Of a DNA stretch of 64,000 nucleotides, positions 40,133-50,780 are shown piece by piece. The notes under the pieces are model-generated. The model did no database searches and was not told where the DNA came from. It saw only the letters and a program-made list of their open reading frames with translations. Numbering within the stretch: position 1 is the first letter of the stretch; each line of letters starts with the position of its first letter. Origin of the DNA: Coleofasciculus sp. B1-GNL1-01 (lineage in GTDB: Bacteria > Cyanobacteriota > Cyanobacteriia > Cyanobacteriales > Coleofasciculaceae); NCBI GenBank assembly GCA_040220235.1, contig JAVJTO010000135.1; one strand, given 5' to 3'. The position numbers and the translations under genes were made by a program.

Positions 40133-41503
40133 ATGGGGATTCAGGAAGCGTTGCAGTAGACCGATCGCCTGCTTTTAACGACTACGGGAAAACACTTAGA
40201 TACACTGCAACGCGCTATCTTAGAGGGAGCATGGCAAGGTAAAGGATATAAGGAAATCGCTGAAGAATACCACTGTACGAACGATCATGTCAGGAAATCA
40301 GCGTCCGACTTATGGAAACTGCTGTCAGAATTGCTGGAAGAAGACGTAAAAAAGAAGAATGTGCGATCGCTCATCGAAAACCGAATATTCTCTTATTACG
40401 AAGAGTCAGTACATATTGGCAATAACATAAATAATGTCTGTAGCGATTTATACAACGAGCCAAAAAACTCAACCAACCGATCGCCCACTAGCAACGAGTC
40501 AGACACCTTACCCCGCCACGATCTCAGCCAAGCCCCCGAATACGATCGCCTCTACAACCGTCACGACGAACTCACCACCCTAAAACACTGGATACTCAGC
40601 GAACACAGCCGCATCATCACCCTCACCGGATTATCAGGAATTGGCAAAACCGCCCTCGCCAGACAACTCGTCGAACAGATAAAAGACCACTTTACTCACA
40701 TCCTCTGGTGCAACCATCGCAAATTCCCCAACCTAGAAACCCTGAAAAACCACATCCGCCAGTTTCTCGCCGCAACCTCCACCCCGAACGCATCACTCCT
40801 AGACCATCTGAGACATCACCGTTGCTTGCTCATCCTAGACAACCTGCAAGAGGCTCTAACCCCCGGTGAATTTGTCGGAACCTACCGTCGAGACTATCAA
40901 GGCTATGGTCAACTCATTCATGAACTCGGGACATTCTCTCACCAAAGTTGTATTCTGCTGCTGAGTTGGGAACACCCCCTCGAAATCGCTGCCTTAGAAA
41001 GCGAAACCCGCCACTGTAAAACCCTTCCCGTTCAGGGGTCTCCTCAACTCGCCACCCAAATCCTCCGCGATCGCCAACTCAAAGACCCGAATACCTGGCC
41101 AGAACTCACTCAGCTTTATAACAACAATCCCTTGTGGCTAAACCTTACCGCTTCAACAATTCTCGATTTATTCAACGGTAGCGTTCAGCAATTCCTCTCC
41201 TATCCCACTCTCTTTTTAGGAGACTTAGAAGCCGTCCTCAAGCTCCATTACCAACGCCTTGGGAACGCCGAAAAAACCCTGTTGCACTGGTTAGCCAACC
41301 AAGACTCCCCCGTCAACCTCAACCAAAAACCCCCCAATCTACTCTCAGATCGAGAGTTTCTCAAAGCCATCCAATCTCTCAAACGACGCAGTTTATTAGA
41401 ATCCTCATCCAATTTAAGCCTACAGCCCGTCATTCGACAATACATCCGCAGTAACTATTCAGGTGGGGAAAGCTTGACAAACGAGCCAAGAGCCGTAGCG
41501 TAG
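40133..41503 (+). pseudogene. wHTH + NB-ARC-type P-loop ATPase interrupted by an early in-frame TAG
   Basis: ATG 40133 MGIQEALQ*TDRLL...LQRAILEGAWQGKGYKEIA...LWKLLS, in frame with the 40331 ORF; GLSGIGKT, LLILDN. Confidence 0.7.
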
Positions 41504-41692
41504 AATTATGGACTTTAAGCCAAGCCGCTTCAATTCCATTAACAATAGTTTCAGAGTTAGGAAATCCTGATTCAACGGTTTCCGAGTAAACCGCTTGGCG
41601 AATGACTATCTCAGTAAACAGGGATTTTAATCTAAGTGGTTAATACTTGCAAAGTTAATCAAAGGCGTAGCATTACAAATGACTTTAACCAT
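41490..41692 (-). pseudogene. Frameshifted, truncated DUF3368 (PIN) toxin gene
   Basis: MVKVICNATPLINFASINHLD*, then in another frame LKSLFTEIVIRQAVYSETVESG...WLKV; overlaps the antitoxin stop. Confidence 0.7.
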
Positions 41693-41933
41693 CCCACAAT
41701 CCTGATTGAATCGCTTCGATATCCTCTGCTAAATCATCTTTGTCGTATTGCCGAACAATATGATTTTCTCCCAACAGTTTTTGAAATTCCCACACGGAAT
41801 AATTCAACAATCGACGGGCTTGACTAAAGGTAAATATCTGGTTTTCATAAAGTTGCATGGCAATTTGTTCCAAAACTGCCGTCTCACCTTGCTCAATTAA
41901 TTCGATGGGAATTTGTATATTAATTGCTTGCAT
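41685..41933 (-). CDS. UPF0175 family antitoxin
   Basis: IAMQLYE...TFSQARRLL..SVWEFQKLL...YDKDDLAEDI. Confidence 0.85.
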   Translation of the reverse strand: MQAINIQIPIELIEQGETAVLEQIAMQLYENQIFTFSQARRLLNYSVWEFQKLLGENHIVRQYDKDDLAEDIEAIQSGLWDG

Positions 41934-42266
41934 CTACCATCACCTCATCATTTCAAAAGACATCCATTAATCACTCTCGCGATCTCCACCGGATAAGCTG
42001 TTCGGCATTTAAACCATAATGTCAAGAATTGCGAGATCCTTGTAGTGCGAGCATCTTGCTCGCTACTATAGCGCTTCGCGCTGGTCTAGTTACATCGAAA
42101 TGAGTTATGAAGACTCAGAGTAATGGATTTGGCGGTATAATAATACAGAAACACAAGAATTGTTAGACCTATTAATTTTGTCGGAGTGAATTTTTCATTC
42201 CTTCCTAATGCTCTCAGTCAGGATCTGCGGAATGTAAGTTATAAGGCGATCGCCGTAAAATCAATT

Positions 42267-42758
42267 TTAATCAGGCTCTTGGGCAAGAGCTAAGATACGC
42301 TGATAAAGCTGGGGGCTGACGCGAAAACCAGCCTCGTTGATCAGGGCATCCATAACAGGTTGAACCTGGGGGATGAGGCTTCTTTGTTTGGCAACCAGCA
42401 GAATGCCCAGAATACCAATGATAGACAGCCCTAACCGCAGAGCTTCTTGCCGTCCCAAGCGTTCATCAATCAGTAGATCATCCGCTTGTAGCTCCAGTGC
42501 CAAGGCGATCGCATTCGCTTCTCCAGCATCCAATCCTCGTTCTTGTTGCAGTTGGTTGGCAAGTTGGGAGTGGGTGAGGGATTGGGTTTGAATCCAGCCG
42601 ACTTGGAGAATGGCTGGAATGATGGGATTGCTGGCGGCGGCTAGTTCCCTAGCCACAATGTCAGGAATAATCACCCTTTGATAAATCGCTTCTAGCAACC
42701 AAAGATGATTAACAATGGCAAGATTGGAAACAGCAGAGGTATCGCTGACAACAATCAT
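42267..42758 (-). CDS. DUF3368 family PIN-domain toxin
   Basis: MIVVSDTS, LDAGEANAIALA, LLIDERLGR, GILGIL, GFRVS. Confidence 0.9.
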   Translation of the reverse strand: MIVVSDTSAVSNLAIVNHLWLLEAIYQRVIIPDIVARELAAASNPIIPAILQVGWIQTQSLTHSQLANQLQQERGLDAGEANAIALALELQADDLLIDERLGRQEALRLGLSIIGILGILLVAKQRSLIPQVQPVMDALINEAGFRVSPQLYQRILALAQEPD

Positions 42759-43030
42759 AGCCAGCCGCGATCGCGCAGGTGCTGAACATCCTGTTCAAAA
42801 TCTGCTACATCGTAGTGAACACAGATGCCACGCTCTGCCAGCAGCTTTTGAAAGTCCATAATATCCATCGCCGCAATTGTGCTGGCACGGCTGAGAGAAA
42901 CCCGCTCTTGCTCAAATAGGGCGACAGCAATTTCCCTAAGCCAGTCCTTCTGATTAAAGGTTTCAGTTTGGCTAAGGCTATCCGGTAGATTCAGAGTAAT
43001 TTGCATCGGCTCACTCTCCCACGCTGACAT
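42755..43030 (-). CDS. UPF0175 family antitoxin
   Basis: EIAVALFEQERVSLSRA...FQKLLAERGI..HYD; 4-bp overlap with the toxin. Confidence 0.88.
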   Translation of the reverse strand: MSAWESEPMQITLNLPDSLSQTETFNQKDWLREIAVALFEQERVSLSRASTIAAMDIMDFQKLLAERGICVHYDVADFEQDVQHLRDRGWL

Positions 43031-43236
43031 TGATTTTCTGGGTCAATTTCAGGATTAGCCAGAGTTTCCCGGCTCGCGCTCCTGACTCAATTATAATCCC
43101 GCCGCCGTAAACGCTGACCAATACTACAGTCACAAAATGATTCACCTGTTATAAAGACTCAGAGTAATGGATTTGGCGGTACAATATAATTTTTGCTACA
43201 GTCCTTTTCAAGAGGGTGTAGTACGGAATATTCATT

Positions 43237-43593
43237 ATGAATGATTCAAATTTATCAACAGTAGCTCATCAAATCCCTATTCCTCATGGTATAACCATTT
43301 CCGGTGAATTTCTAAAAAAACTATGTCAACACTGGCAAATCGTAGAGCTTTCTCTCTTTGGCTCAATCTTGAGAGAAGACTTTAATGTCGATAGCGACAT
43401 TGATGTATTAGTGAAATTTTCAGAACAAGCCAGAATTACATTTTTCGATCTCGATCTTATTGAGCAACAACTGAGCCAACTGTTTCACCGCCCCGTTGAT
43501 GTCGTCACCAAATCAGCAATTCAACAAAGCCATAACCCTATACGTCGCCAGAATATTTTAGACAACTCTAAAGTGATTTATGAACAGAGATAA
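43237..43593 (+). CDS. Minimal nucleotidyltransferase (MNT) antitoxin
   Basis: LFGSILREDF..DSDIDVLV, RPVDVV. Confidence 0.9.
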   Translation: MNDSNLSTVAHQIPIPHGITISGEFLKKLCQHWQIVELSLFGSILREDFNVDSDIDVLVKFSEQARITFFDLDLIEQQLSQLFHRPVDVVTKSAIQQSHNPIRRQNILDNSKVIYEQR

Positions 43594-43921
43594 AGAGGTT
43601 TTACTGGATTTGATTAGAGCCAGTCGCTTAATTGTGGAATTCTGCGAAACCTTGGACTATCAAACCTTTGCCGAAGACTTAAAAACTCAATCCTCTGTCC
43701 TCTATCAAATCGTCATAATTGGCGAGGCTGTGAACCGCCTATCGCCAGCATTCACCCAGGCTCATCCAAAAATTCCTATTAACGCAATTCGAGGAATGCG
43801 TAACCGAGTTGTGCATGAGTACAAAGAAGTTGATATTAAAATTCTGTGGGAAGTCATTCAAATCAACATTCCCCAACTCCTCCAGCAAATTCAAACCAGC
43901 CTCGCAGAAATGAAAGAGTAG
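43580..43921 (+). CDS. HEPN/DUF86 RNase toxin
   Basis: IIGEA, RGMRNRVVHEY (RX4H); overlaps the MNT gene. Confidence 0.9.
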   Translation: MNRDKEVLLDLIRASRLIVEFCETLDYQTFAEDLKTQSSVLYQIVIIGEAVNRLSPAFTQAHPKIPINAIRGMRNRVVHEYKEVDIKILWEVIQINIPQLLQQIQTSLAEMKE

Positions 43922-44084
43922 GCTATAAACCTTAATCGGGGCGGGTTTAGTCCCATCTGGGTACAACCGAAAAGATAGTAGTAAAACCCGCCCCTACACA
44001 ATTACCATTTTCCAATCTCCCCCTAAAAATTTAGCTTCCTTCGTTACGCCATATATCGTAAAAACTAAGGGCATTACTTAGGAT

Positions 44085-44825
44085 TCAAGCCGTCATACCA
44101 CCATCTACATTCAGCGTTGCCCCAGTAATGTTTCCCGCCTTGGAACTAGCCAGAAATGTAACCAATTCTGCCACCTCCTGGGGTGTACCATAGCGCCTGA
44201 TCGCTGTCATGGCACTAATGGTGTTCACCACGGAAGGATCGGTGGGTTTCATATCCGTATCAATTGGACCCGGTTGAACCGTATTCACGGTAATCCCTTT
44301 AGCCCCTAAATCCCTTGCCCAGCCCCGACTCATCGCCGCTACAGCGCCCTTACTCATGGTATAAAGCGACCTTCTGGGAAAGGGTATCATATCCCCATAC
44401 ATACTGCCAATATTAATAATTCGACCGCCCTCACCCATAACCTTTACCGCTTCACACACAGCCGCGAATACGGAACGGACATTGATTTGTATAATCCGGT
44501 CAAAATCTTCAAGTGTGGTTTCAGTTACCAATTTTGAATCAACAATCCCAGCATTATTAACCAGAATATCTAACCCACCCAATTGACGAATCATTTCCTT
44601 GACGGCGGCGGCGACATTTTCCGCCTGTATCGCATCAGCTTGCAACGCTATACTATTAACGCCATACTGCTTAATTTCCGTCACCACCTGCTTTGCCATC
44701 TCGACGGATGCACGGTAAGTAATTGCCACATCAGCCCCCTCCGATGCCAATTGTTTCGCGATCGCAGCACCTATACCTCGGCTACCCCCTGTTACCAATG
44801 CTTTCTTTCCCTTAAGATCAGCCAT
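44085..44825 (-). CDS. Short-chain dehydrogenase/reductase
   Basis: TGGSRGIG, NNAG, YTMSK, PGPIDT, VDGG. Confidence 0.93.
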   Translation of the reverse strand: MADLKGKKALVTGGSRGIGAAIAKQLASEGADVAITYRASVEMAKQVVTEIKQYGVNSIALQADAIQAENVAAAVKEMIRQLGGLDILVNNAGIVDSKLVTETTLEDFDRIIQINVRSVFAAVCEAVKVMGEGGRIINIGSMYGDMIPFPRRSLYTMSKGAVAAMSRGWARDLGAKGITVNTVQPGPIDTDMKPTDPSVVNTISAMTAIRRYGTPQEVAELVTFLASSKAGNITGATLNVDGGMTA

Positions 44826-45180
44826 CTAAATTCTCTTTGTCTCCTTTAAATAGAACAGGCTTGGAATCGAAACGTTATCCTCCCAGAGAACCACCAAGTC
44901 TGCCAAGATGAGCGTGCGATCGCGCTGTGCATGGTGCTATTATGTGATCGCTCCCTTCGGAGTGATTGTGTCTAGCGTAGATGATCTACTGTTATGCGAT
45001 CGCGTTTCTCCTACACAACAAGGATTTCTGCAAATTATTCAACAAGCGTCAGGTGAAGCCGATTATACCTATCGTTCTCTTGGCTACGCTTCCAGTTGTC
45101 AATTATTCAACTAGAAATAGGACATAATGCATGAATGACTCACAGGGAACACCAGGCTAATTAACAAATCAATCGAGAAT

Positions 45181-45597
45181 ATGGCGGCAAAAGACCTTTT
45201 TCACCAAGCAGTCAGACGCGGGTTAGAGAAAGACGAGTGGATGATTACCGACGATCCACTGGAACTGGAATGGGAAGAGGTCAAGGTTAAAATTGATTTG
45301 GCAGCCGAGCGGTTGATTGCAGCACAGCGAGGTGGAGAAAAGATTGCTGTTGAAATTAAAAGCTTTATCGGAACTTCATTAATCAGTGATTTCCATACCG
45401 CTTTGGGTCAATTCCTCAACTATAAAATTATGCTGGATGTTAAGGAACCTGACCGCTTGCTCTACCTGGCAGTTCCCCTAGAAACTTATGAAACCTTTTT
45501 TCAAAGTCAATTTGCTCAAGTAGCCGTAGATCGCTATCAACTCAAACTCATTATTTACGAACCTGTAACTGAGGAGATTGTGCAATGGAGAAGCTAG
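45181..45597 (+). CDS. xisH: XisH family protein
   Basis: MAAKDLFH...W.ITDDPL...IDLAAE...IAVEIKSF...ALGQF..Y. Confidence 0.92.
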   Translation: MAAKDLFHQAVRRGLEKDEWMITDDPLELEWEEVKVKIDLAAERLIAAQRGGEKIAVEIKSFIGTSLISDFHTALGQFLNYKIMLDVKEPDRLLYLAVPLETYETFFQSQFAQVAVDRYQLKLIIYEPVTEEIVQWRS

Positions 45598-45920
45598 AAC
45601 ATTATCGCTCCTGTATTCAAACTATTTTAGAAAAACACAGCCAGTATAAATCCCGTGACCAAGATGTAGAAAGCCAGCTATTTTTTGATTCGGTGCGAGA
45701 TCATTATCAACTCATGCGAGTGGGTTGGAACGGCTTAAAGCGAGTCTATCACACTGTCATACATTTTGATATTAAAGACGGCAAGATTTGGCTACAGCAA
45801 AACACAACTGACATCGATGTGGGTCAAGAATTGCAGGAAATGGACATCCCTAAAGAAGACATTATATTAGGGTTACATCCGCCCTACAAACGCCCTTATA
45901 CTGGGTATGGCGTTGCTTAG
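45585..45920 (+). CDS. xisI: XisI family protein
   Basis: DHYQL..VGW...HFDIKDGKIWLQ...IPKEDI.LG.HPP..RPYTGY. Confidence 0.92.
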   Translation: MEKLEHYRSCIQTILEKHSQYKSRDQDVESQLFFDSVRDHYQLMRVGWNGLKRVYHTVIHFDIKDGKIWLQQNTTDIDVGQELQEMDIPKEDIILGLHPPYKRPYTGYGVA

Positions 45921-46000
45921 GCTTGAACAGACCTCAGAGAAAGCCAAAGCGCAAAATCCCCCAGTCACCTAAGACAGGGGGAAATTTTTGCGAATTATTG

Positions 46001-46188
46001 CAGGTTCACCGGAACGCCGTCTTGCCTCAGCTTATGACCTGGAAAACCAGGTGGGCATCGTGGACACTCGTTTTAAGTTTCCGGGTTCATGCCCGGTCTA
46101 CTGCCACAAGGTCTCTCGATTCCCTTTTACATACAAACAAAGATCAAAAAACACTATTGGCAGTCACCAACGTTCCAGTGGAACCTGT
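46001..46188 (-). ncRNA. ssrS: 6S RNA
   Basis: About 188-nt rod: 5' CAGGTTCCACTGGAACG pairs with 3' CGTTCCGGTGAACCTG; internal motifs resemble cyanobacterial 6S; TAAAAT -10 box just upstream; same strand as and downstream of purK. Confidence 0.82.
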
Positions 46189-46343
46189 ACCCCTATTTTA
46201 ACGATTTATTTCCAGATGTCTACTGTCCCGTATCGCCGCCTTCTACAGGGCGCATGGCGTGCGCCATGAAACAGTCTGCTGTTCATGTCTAATCATGGGC
46301 TGTCGCTCTAAGCTAAACTGATGAGTGTCATCGATCGCAAATT

Positions 46344-47273
46344 ATGTATGATGTTCGGGGTTATGGTCAGATGGTGTACAGCGAACCCCATTCCTATCTT
46401 GTAAAACTGGGGTTATTCCACTGGAACAGTTGGCGCGAGAAGCATCCTGATGTTACTCCCATGCTGGAGGGTGCTAACCTAAATTTATTGGATTTGAGTG
46501 GGTTTAACCTGAGAGGGGCGAACATTCAAGGGGCGAACCTCTTTGGCACGGATTTGCTTGAAGCCGACTTGACCGATGCCAATTTGAGAAAAGCTGATTT
46601 TACAGGCGCAGATTTTAGAAATGCGCTTTTAAGCGGCGCTGATTTATCTGAAGCCCGATTGATTAGAACTCAAGCGTTAGGTACAAACTTTGAGAGAGCC
46701 ATATTTACAGGCGTTTGCTTAGAAGATTGGAATATTGATAGTACAACCAACTTAACTGGAGTGATCTGCGACTATGTTTATCTTAAATCCAGATATTCTC
46801 CTAAAAGTAAACGATATGTACTGCAAGAACGCCGTCCTCATAGTGGTACATTTGAGCCGGGTGAGTTTACAAAGCTTTTCCAAAAAACGCTGGAAACCGT
46901 TGAGTTGATTTTCCGCAAGGGGATTGATTGGCAGGCTTTTTTGGTTGCTTTTCAAGAGTTGGAGAAGGAAAACGATAATTTTCCGGTTTCTATTCAAGCG
47001 ATTGAAACGAAGCATCGAGGTACTGTCGTTATCCACCTCAACGTTCTTCCAGAGCAGGATAAGGCAAAAATTGAGCAATCGTTTAAGCAGCGCTATAAAC
47101 AGGAACTTCAACGCATTGAGGCAGATTATCTAGAAGCGTTAGGTGTTAGAGTTCAGTCAGAGGATTTAATCACCAAATATCGCCAACGAAATGCTGATTT
47201 TAAGGCGATGATTCAGATTATGGCTCAAGCTCAAAGTGACTTTGTTTTAAAGGGGATTTCCCAATTAGAATGA
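46344..47273 (+). CDS. Pentapeptide repeat protein with C-terminal helical domain
   Basis: A(N/D)LxG repeats; ERRPHSGTFEPGEFTKLF...GIDWQAF. Confidence 0.88.
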   Translation: MYDVRGYGQMVYSEPHSYLVKLGLFHWNSWREKHPDVTPMLEGANLNLLDLSGFNLRGANIQGANLFGTDLLEADLTDANLRKADFTGADFRNALLSGADLSEARLIRTQALGTNFERAIFTGVCLEDWNIDSTTNLTGVICDYVYLKSRYSPKSKRYVLQERRPHSGTFEPGEFTKLFQKTLETVELIFRKGIDWQAFLVAFQELEKENDNFPVSIQAIETKHRGTVVIHLNVLPEQDKAKIEQSFKQRYKQELQRIEADYLEALGVRVQSEDLITKYRQRNADFKAMIQIMAQAQSDFVLKGISQLE

Positions 47274-47344
47274 TTTATTTTCGGTAAAGCCCGCCCCTAA
47301 ACACTCACGCCCCATGCCCTCGAAGCTCGTGAATGGTCAAGACT

Positions 47345-48481
47345 TTAACCGTACCACAGGGTTTCTATTTTTTGTGCGATCGCCTGGGGGTTCTTCCCTG
47401 AACTAGAATCCAGGAGAACGGTGACATGACCGAGTTTGCGCCCTGGGCGCGATTGTTTTTTCCTATACCAATGCACATAAGTTTGTGGCTGACTGGCGAG
47501 TTTTTGCCGTTTTTCAAGGTAATCATTTTGGGAATATTCGTAACCCAATAGATTAACCATGACGGCTCCTTTACACTTAAGTGTTGGTTTTGTCAAGGAT
47601 AATCCGGCAACTGCCCGTAAATGCATTTCAAACTGCGAAGTTTCACAAGCATCGAGACTAAAATGTCCAGAATTGTGGGTACGAGGGGAGACTTCGTTGA
47701 CATATAGCCGATTATTGGCGGTGAGAAAGAGTTCAATCCCAAACACGCCCACAGCTTGTAGACTATTGAGTAAGGTACGTGCGATCGCGTTAATCTCTTG
47801 TTCTGTCTCTGGACTAATCGGGGCGGGAATAATCACCCGACGGCACACTTGATTTTCCTGCTGGGTTTCGACAACCGGGTAAACTACTACCTCACCGCTT
47901 ACAGAACGAGCCGCGATGACAGCTAATTCTCGTTCAAAGGGTATAAATTCCTCGACGAGTAGAGGTGTATCGGCAACTTTTTGCCAGAGTTCCTGGAAAC
48001 TCTCTCTATCCTTAAAAATAAACGTGCCTTGACCATCATAGCCGTGGCGTCGCGCTTTGAGAACCAGGGGAAATGTCAGTGTATCAGGGTTGAGGGGTGT
48101 CTCTAGTAAGTTAAAAGCAGGTTGGGGTAAGCCAATGTCACATAAATAGCAACGTTGGTGATATTTATCGAGTAGGGGGGCTAAGGCGTCTAGGCGGGGG
48201 CGAAAACAGACACCTTGGTTTGCCAAGGGAAACAACGCATCCAAATTAATAAATTCATTCTCAAATGTGATCACATCACAATGGGCAGCTAACTTTGCAG
48301 TTGCGGCGGCATCATCAATCGGGGCAAAGATGGTATCGGAGGCAACACTAACGGCTGGATCAGTAGGCTGGGGTGTTTGAATCACCAAATCCAAACCCAA
48401 TGATTTAGCCCCACCTCCCATCATCCAAGCCAGTTGTCCACCACCGATTACCCCTACTCGTTTCACAGTCTTAGCCATCAA
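47345..48481 (-). CDS. purK: N5-carboxyaminoimidazole ribonucleotide synthase
   Basis: GGGQLA, ITFENE, GYDGQG, NEVSPRTHNSGH, SQFE.H, RKLGHVT. Confidence 0.96.
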   Translation of the reverse strand: MMAKTVKRVGVIGGGQLAWMMGGGAKSLGLDLVIQTPQPTDPAVSVASDTIFAPIDDAAATAKLAAHCDVITFENEFINLDALFPLANQGVCFRPRLDALAPLLDKYHQRCYLCDIGLPQPAFNLLETPLNPDTLTFPLVLKARRHGYDGQGTFIFKDRESFQELWQKVADTPLLVEEFIPFERELAVIAARSVSGEVVVYPVVETQQENQVCRRVIIPAPISPETEQEINAIARTLLNSLQAVGVFGIELFLTANNRLYVNEVSPRTHNSGHFSLDACETSQFEMHLRAVAGLSLTKPTLKCKGAVMVNLLGYEYSQNDYLEKRQKLASQPQTYVHWYRKKQSRPGRKLGHVTVLLDSSSGKNPQAIAQKIETLWYG

Positions 48482-48709
48482 TAGGTTTGAGTCACTCGTT
48501 TGCCATGGTAGCGGATTTTGGTGTCAACGTTTTAGGACTTAGGCGCAGATCCTGCTTAGGGTAGCAGGGCTAATTCATTGAAGGAAAGCTGTATGTATGA
48601 ATTCAACCAAGCCAAATTAGTAAATGATTAAGCCGCAAGTTATTAAGTGCTTTATTATAGTCAAACCCATCCCGACTATCCGAAAAACTGAAAACTCTAA
48701 TCACCAACC

Positions 48710-49534
48710 ATGAGCCAACCCACACCCGATCAACTGCAAATCTTCCTTGATATCGCCACAGAAGCCGCCATGGCAGCCGGGGCAATCTTGCAAACCTACT
48801 GGGGTAAACTAGATGTCGTAGAAGAGAAAGGGCGTCCAGGTGATTTAGTCACCGTTGCAGATAAAGAAGCAGAAGCCGTCATTTTAAAAGTCTTAAGGCG
48901 TCATGTCCCCCATCATGCTATTTTGGCAGAAGAATCGGGTCAAGGGGGAGATCAACAGAGTAAATACCGGTGGGCAATTGATCCCCTCGACGGCACCACC
49001 AATTATGCTCATCAATACCCCATTGCCTCTACATCAGTGGGATTACTCATTGACGAAATCCCGCAAGTGGGAGTCATCTATAATCCCTTTCGCCATGAAC
49101 TCTTTCGCGCCGCTAAGGGATTAGGGGCGACTTGCAACCGCCGTCCCATTCACGTCTCTAACACATCGACTTTCCATCAAAGCTTACTGGTAACTGGCTT
49201 TGCCTATGACCGTCGCGAAACCCCAGATAATAACTATGCCGAGTTTTGTCACCTAACTCACCTCACCCAAGGCGTTCGCCGCAGTGGTTCAGCCTCACTG
49301 GATTTGGCAGATGTGGCTTGTGGACGCTTAGATGGTTATTGGGAACGGGGAATTTCGCCCTGGGATATTACGGCTGGTGTAGTATTAGTGCAAGAGGCAG
49401 GTGGCACAGTCACCGCTTATGATGGTAGCCCTCTCGTCCTAAAATCGGGACGAATTCTCGCCACCAATGGTCAAATTCATGACCAACTCAGCCAGGAACT
49501 TTTACAGACACCACCCCTGTCCAGTTGGAATTGA
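48710..49534 (+). CDS. suhB: Inositol monophosphatase family protein
   Basis: DLVT.AD, EES, WAIDPLDGTTNYAH, GSA.LD, WDITAG. Confidence 0.9.
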   Translation: MSQPTPDQLQIFLDIATEAAMAAGAILQTYWGKLDVVEEKGRPGDLVTVADKEAEAVILKVLRRHVPHHAILAEESGQGGDQQSKYRWAIDPLDGTTNYAHQYPIASTSVGLLIDEIPQVGVIYNPFRHELFRAAKGLGATCNRRPIHVSNTSTFHQSLLVTGFAYDRRETPDNNYAEFCHLTHLTQGVRRSGSASLDLADVACGRLDGYWERGISPWDITAGVVLVQEAGGTVTAYDGSPLVLKSGRILATNGQIHDQLSQELLQTPPLSSWN

Positions 49535-49826
49535 GATCGTCATTTGTCATTCGTCTTATGTCATTCGTCTTATGTCATTTGTCATACTCAAGGGAGCGAG
49601 AAGTAAGCTACGTCATTTACTTTCCCATCTTCCCTATCTCCCCCTGCTTCCCCTGCTTCCCCTGCTTCCCCTGCTCCCTCAGCTGCCCTTAACCGAACAG
49701 TCTTGAGATGCACCCGATCTTAGGAACTGTATTTTCTACAATAGCTATGAGGATGTCAAGGGGGTCTCTCATCTCTAAGACAGACTATAAAACTATTCTT
49801 TCGTCACAGCAATTGGACAGCACCCT

Positions 49827-50780
49827 ATGGCTTTTGAAATTGAACGCGGACTTTTTAAGTATGATTTCACGGATTATCATGCCATTCTAGGCGTTCCCGT
49901 CGATGCGGATGAGAAGACAGTCCGGAAGCAGTATCTCAAAGTAACTCGCCGTCTCCACCCTGACAGCAGCAAATTCAAAACAGATGAGGAAAAACAGCAA
50001 GCCAATGAACTGTTAACCAAACTCGTCAATCCTGCCAAGGAACAACTGTTTCGCGGCAGTCGCGACTATAAGATTAGTTTAGGACACATGGGCAAGCGTT
50101 TAGCCGCAGAAGGAGGAAAAATTTCTATTTATAGTGATGTGGCTAAACAATTGGCAAAAGCTGGTGCAAATGCCGATTCTGTTTATCGAAACTCCTTGAA
50201 ATCGCTAGCCTCTAAGCAATACGAATCTCTTGATCGAGTTACGGACGTTACTGGCGAAATCAGTGAACTCAACTTAGTTTACTTGATGCTGAAAGGAAAA
50301 ACCTCCAAATCCGGCATCGGCAAAACCTCTCCAGGAACAGCAGTTTCCAAAACAGCAGGACCGGGTAAGGCGGTTAAGAAAACCCAAGCTGGTGCCGCTA
50401 CCAATGATGCCTCAACCAAGGGAGGTGGAACTCAAGAAGGCTCAAAAGTTGCTGCTTATATCAGCCGTGCCGACAGCTACATGCAGAAAAACAATTTTGC
50501 GGGTGCTGTTTTAGAATTACGAGAAGCCCTCAAATTAGAGCAAACCAATAGCAAATGTCATGGCTTATTAGGGTTAGCTTATTTAAAGCAAAATCAAGTG
50601 TCCATGGCTAAGGTACACATTAATAAAGCCTTGCAATTAAATCCGCAGGAAGAGAACGCCTTGAAAGGGAAACAATATATCGACAAATTAACCCAGAAAT
50701 CGGGTTCAGGCAAAAAGTCGAAAGAGCAATCGGGTGGCGGAGGTTTATTTGGAGGATTGTTTGGCGGCAAGAAAAAGTAA
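49827..50780 (+). CDS. J-domain protein with C-terminal TPR
   Basis: DYHAILGV...RRLHPD; TPR near the C-terminus; GGLFGGLFGGKKK tail. Confidence 0.88.
   Translation: MAFEIERGLFKYDFTDYHAILGVPVDADEKTVRKQYLKVTRRLHPDSSKFKTDEEKQQANELLTKLVNPAKEQLFRGSRDYKISLGHMGKRLAAEGGKISIYSDVAKQLAKAGANADSVYRNSLKSLASKQYESLDRVTDVTGEISELNLVYLMLKGKTSKSGIGKTSPGTAVSKTAGPGKAVKKTQAGAATNDASTKGGGTQEGSKVAAYISRADSYMQKNNFAGAVLELREALKLEQTNSKCHGLLGLAYLKQNQVSMAKVHINKALQLNPQEENALKGKQYIDKLTQKSGSGKKSKEQSGGGGLFGGLFGGKKK

Noticed and set aside
45181..45920. fdxN-type excision element
   Set aside because: No XisF recombinase or interrupted gene; XisH/XisI pairs are commonly stand-alone.
45923..46292. Three short overlapping ORFs
   Set aside because: They overlap the 6S RNA and have no recognisable protein motifs.
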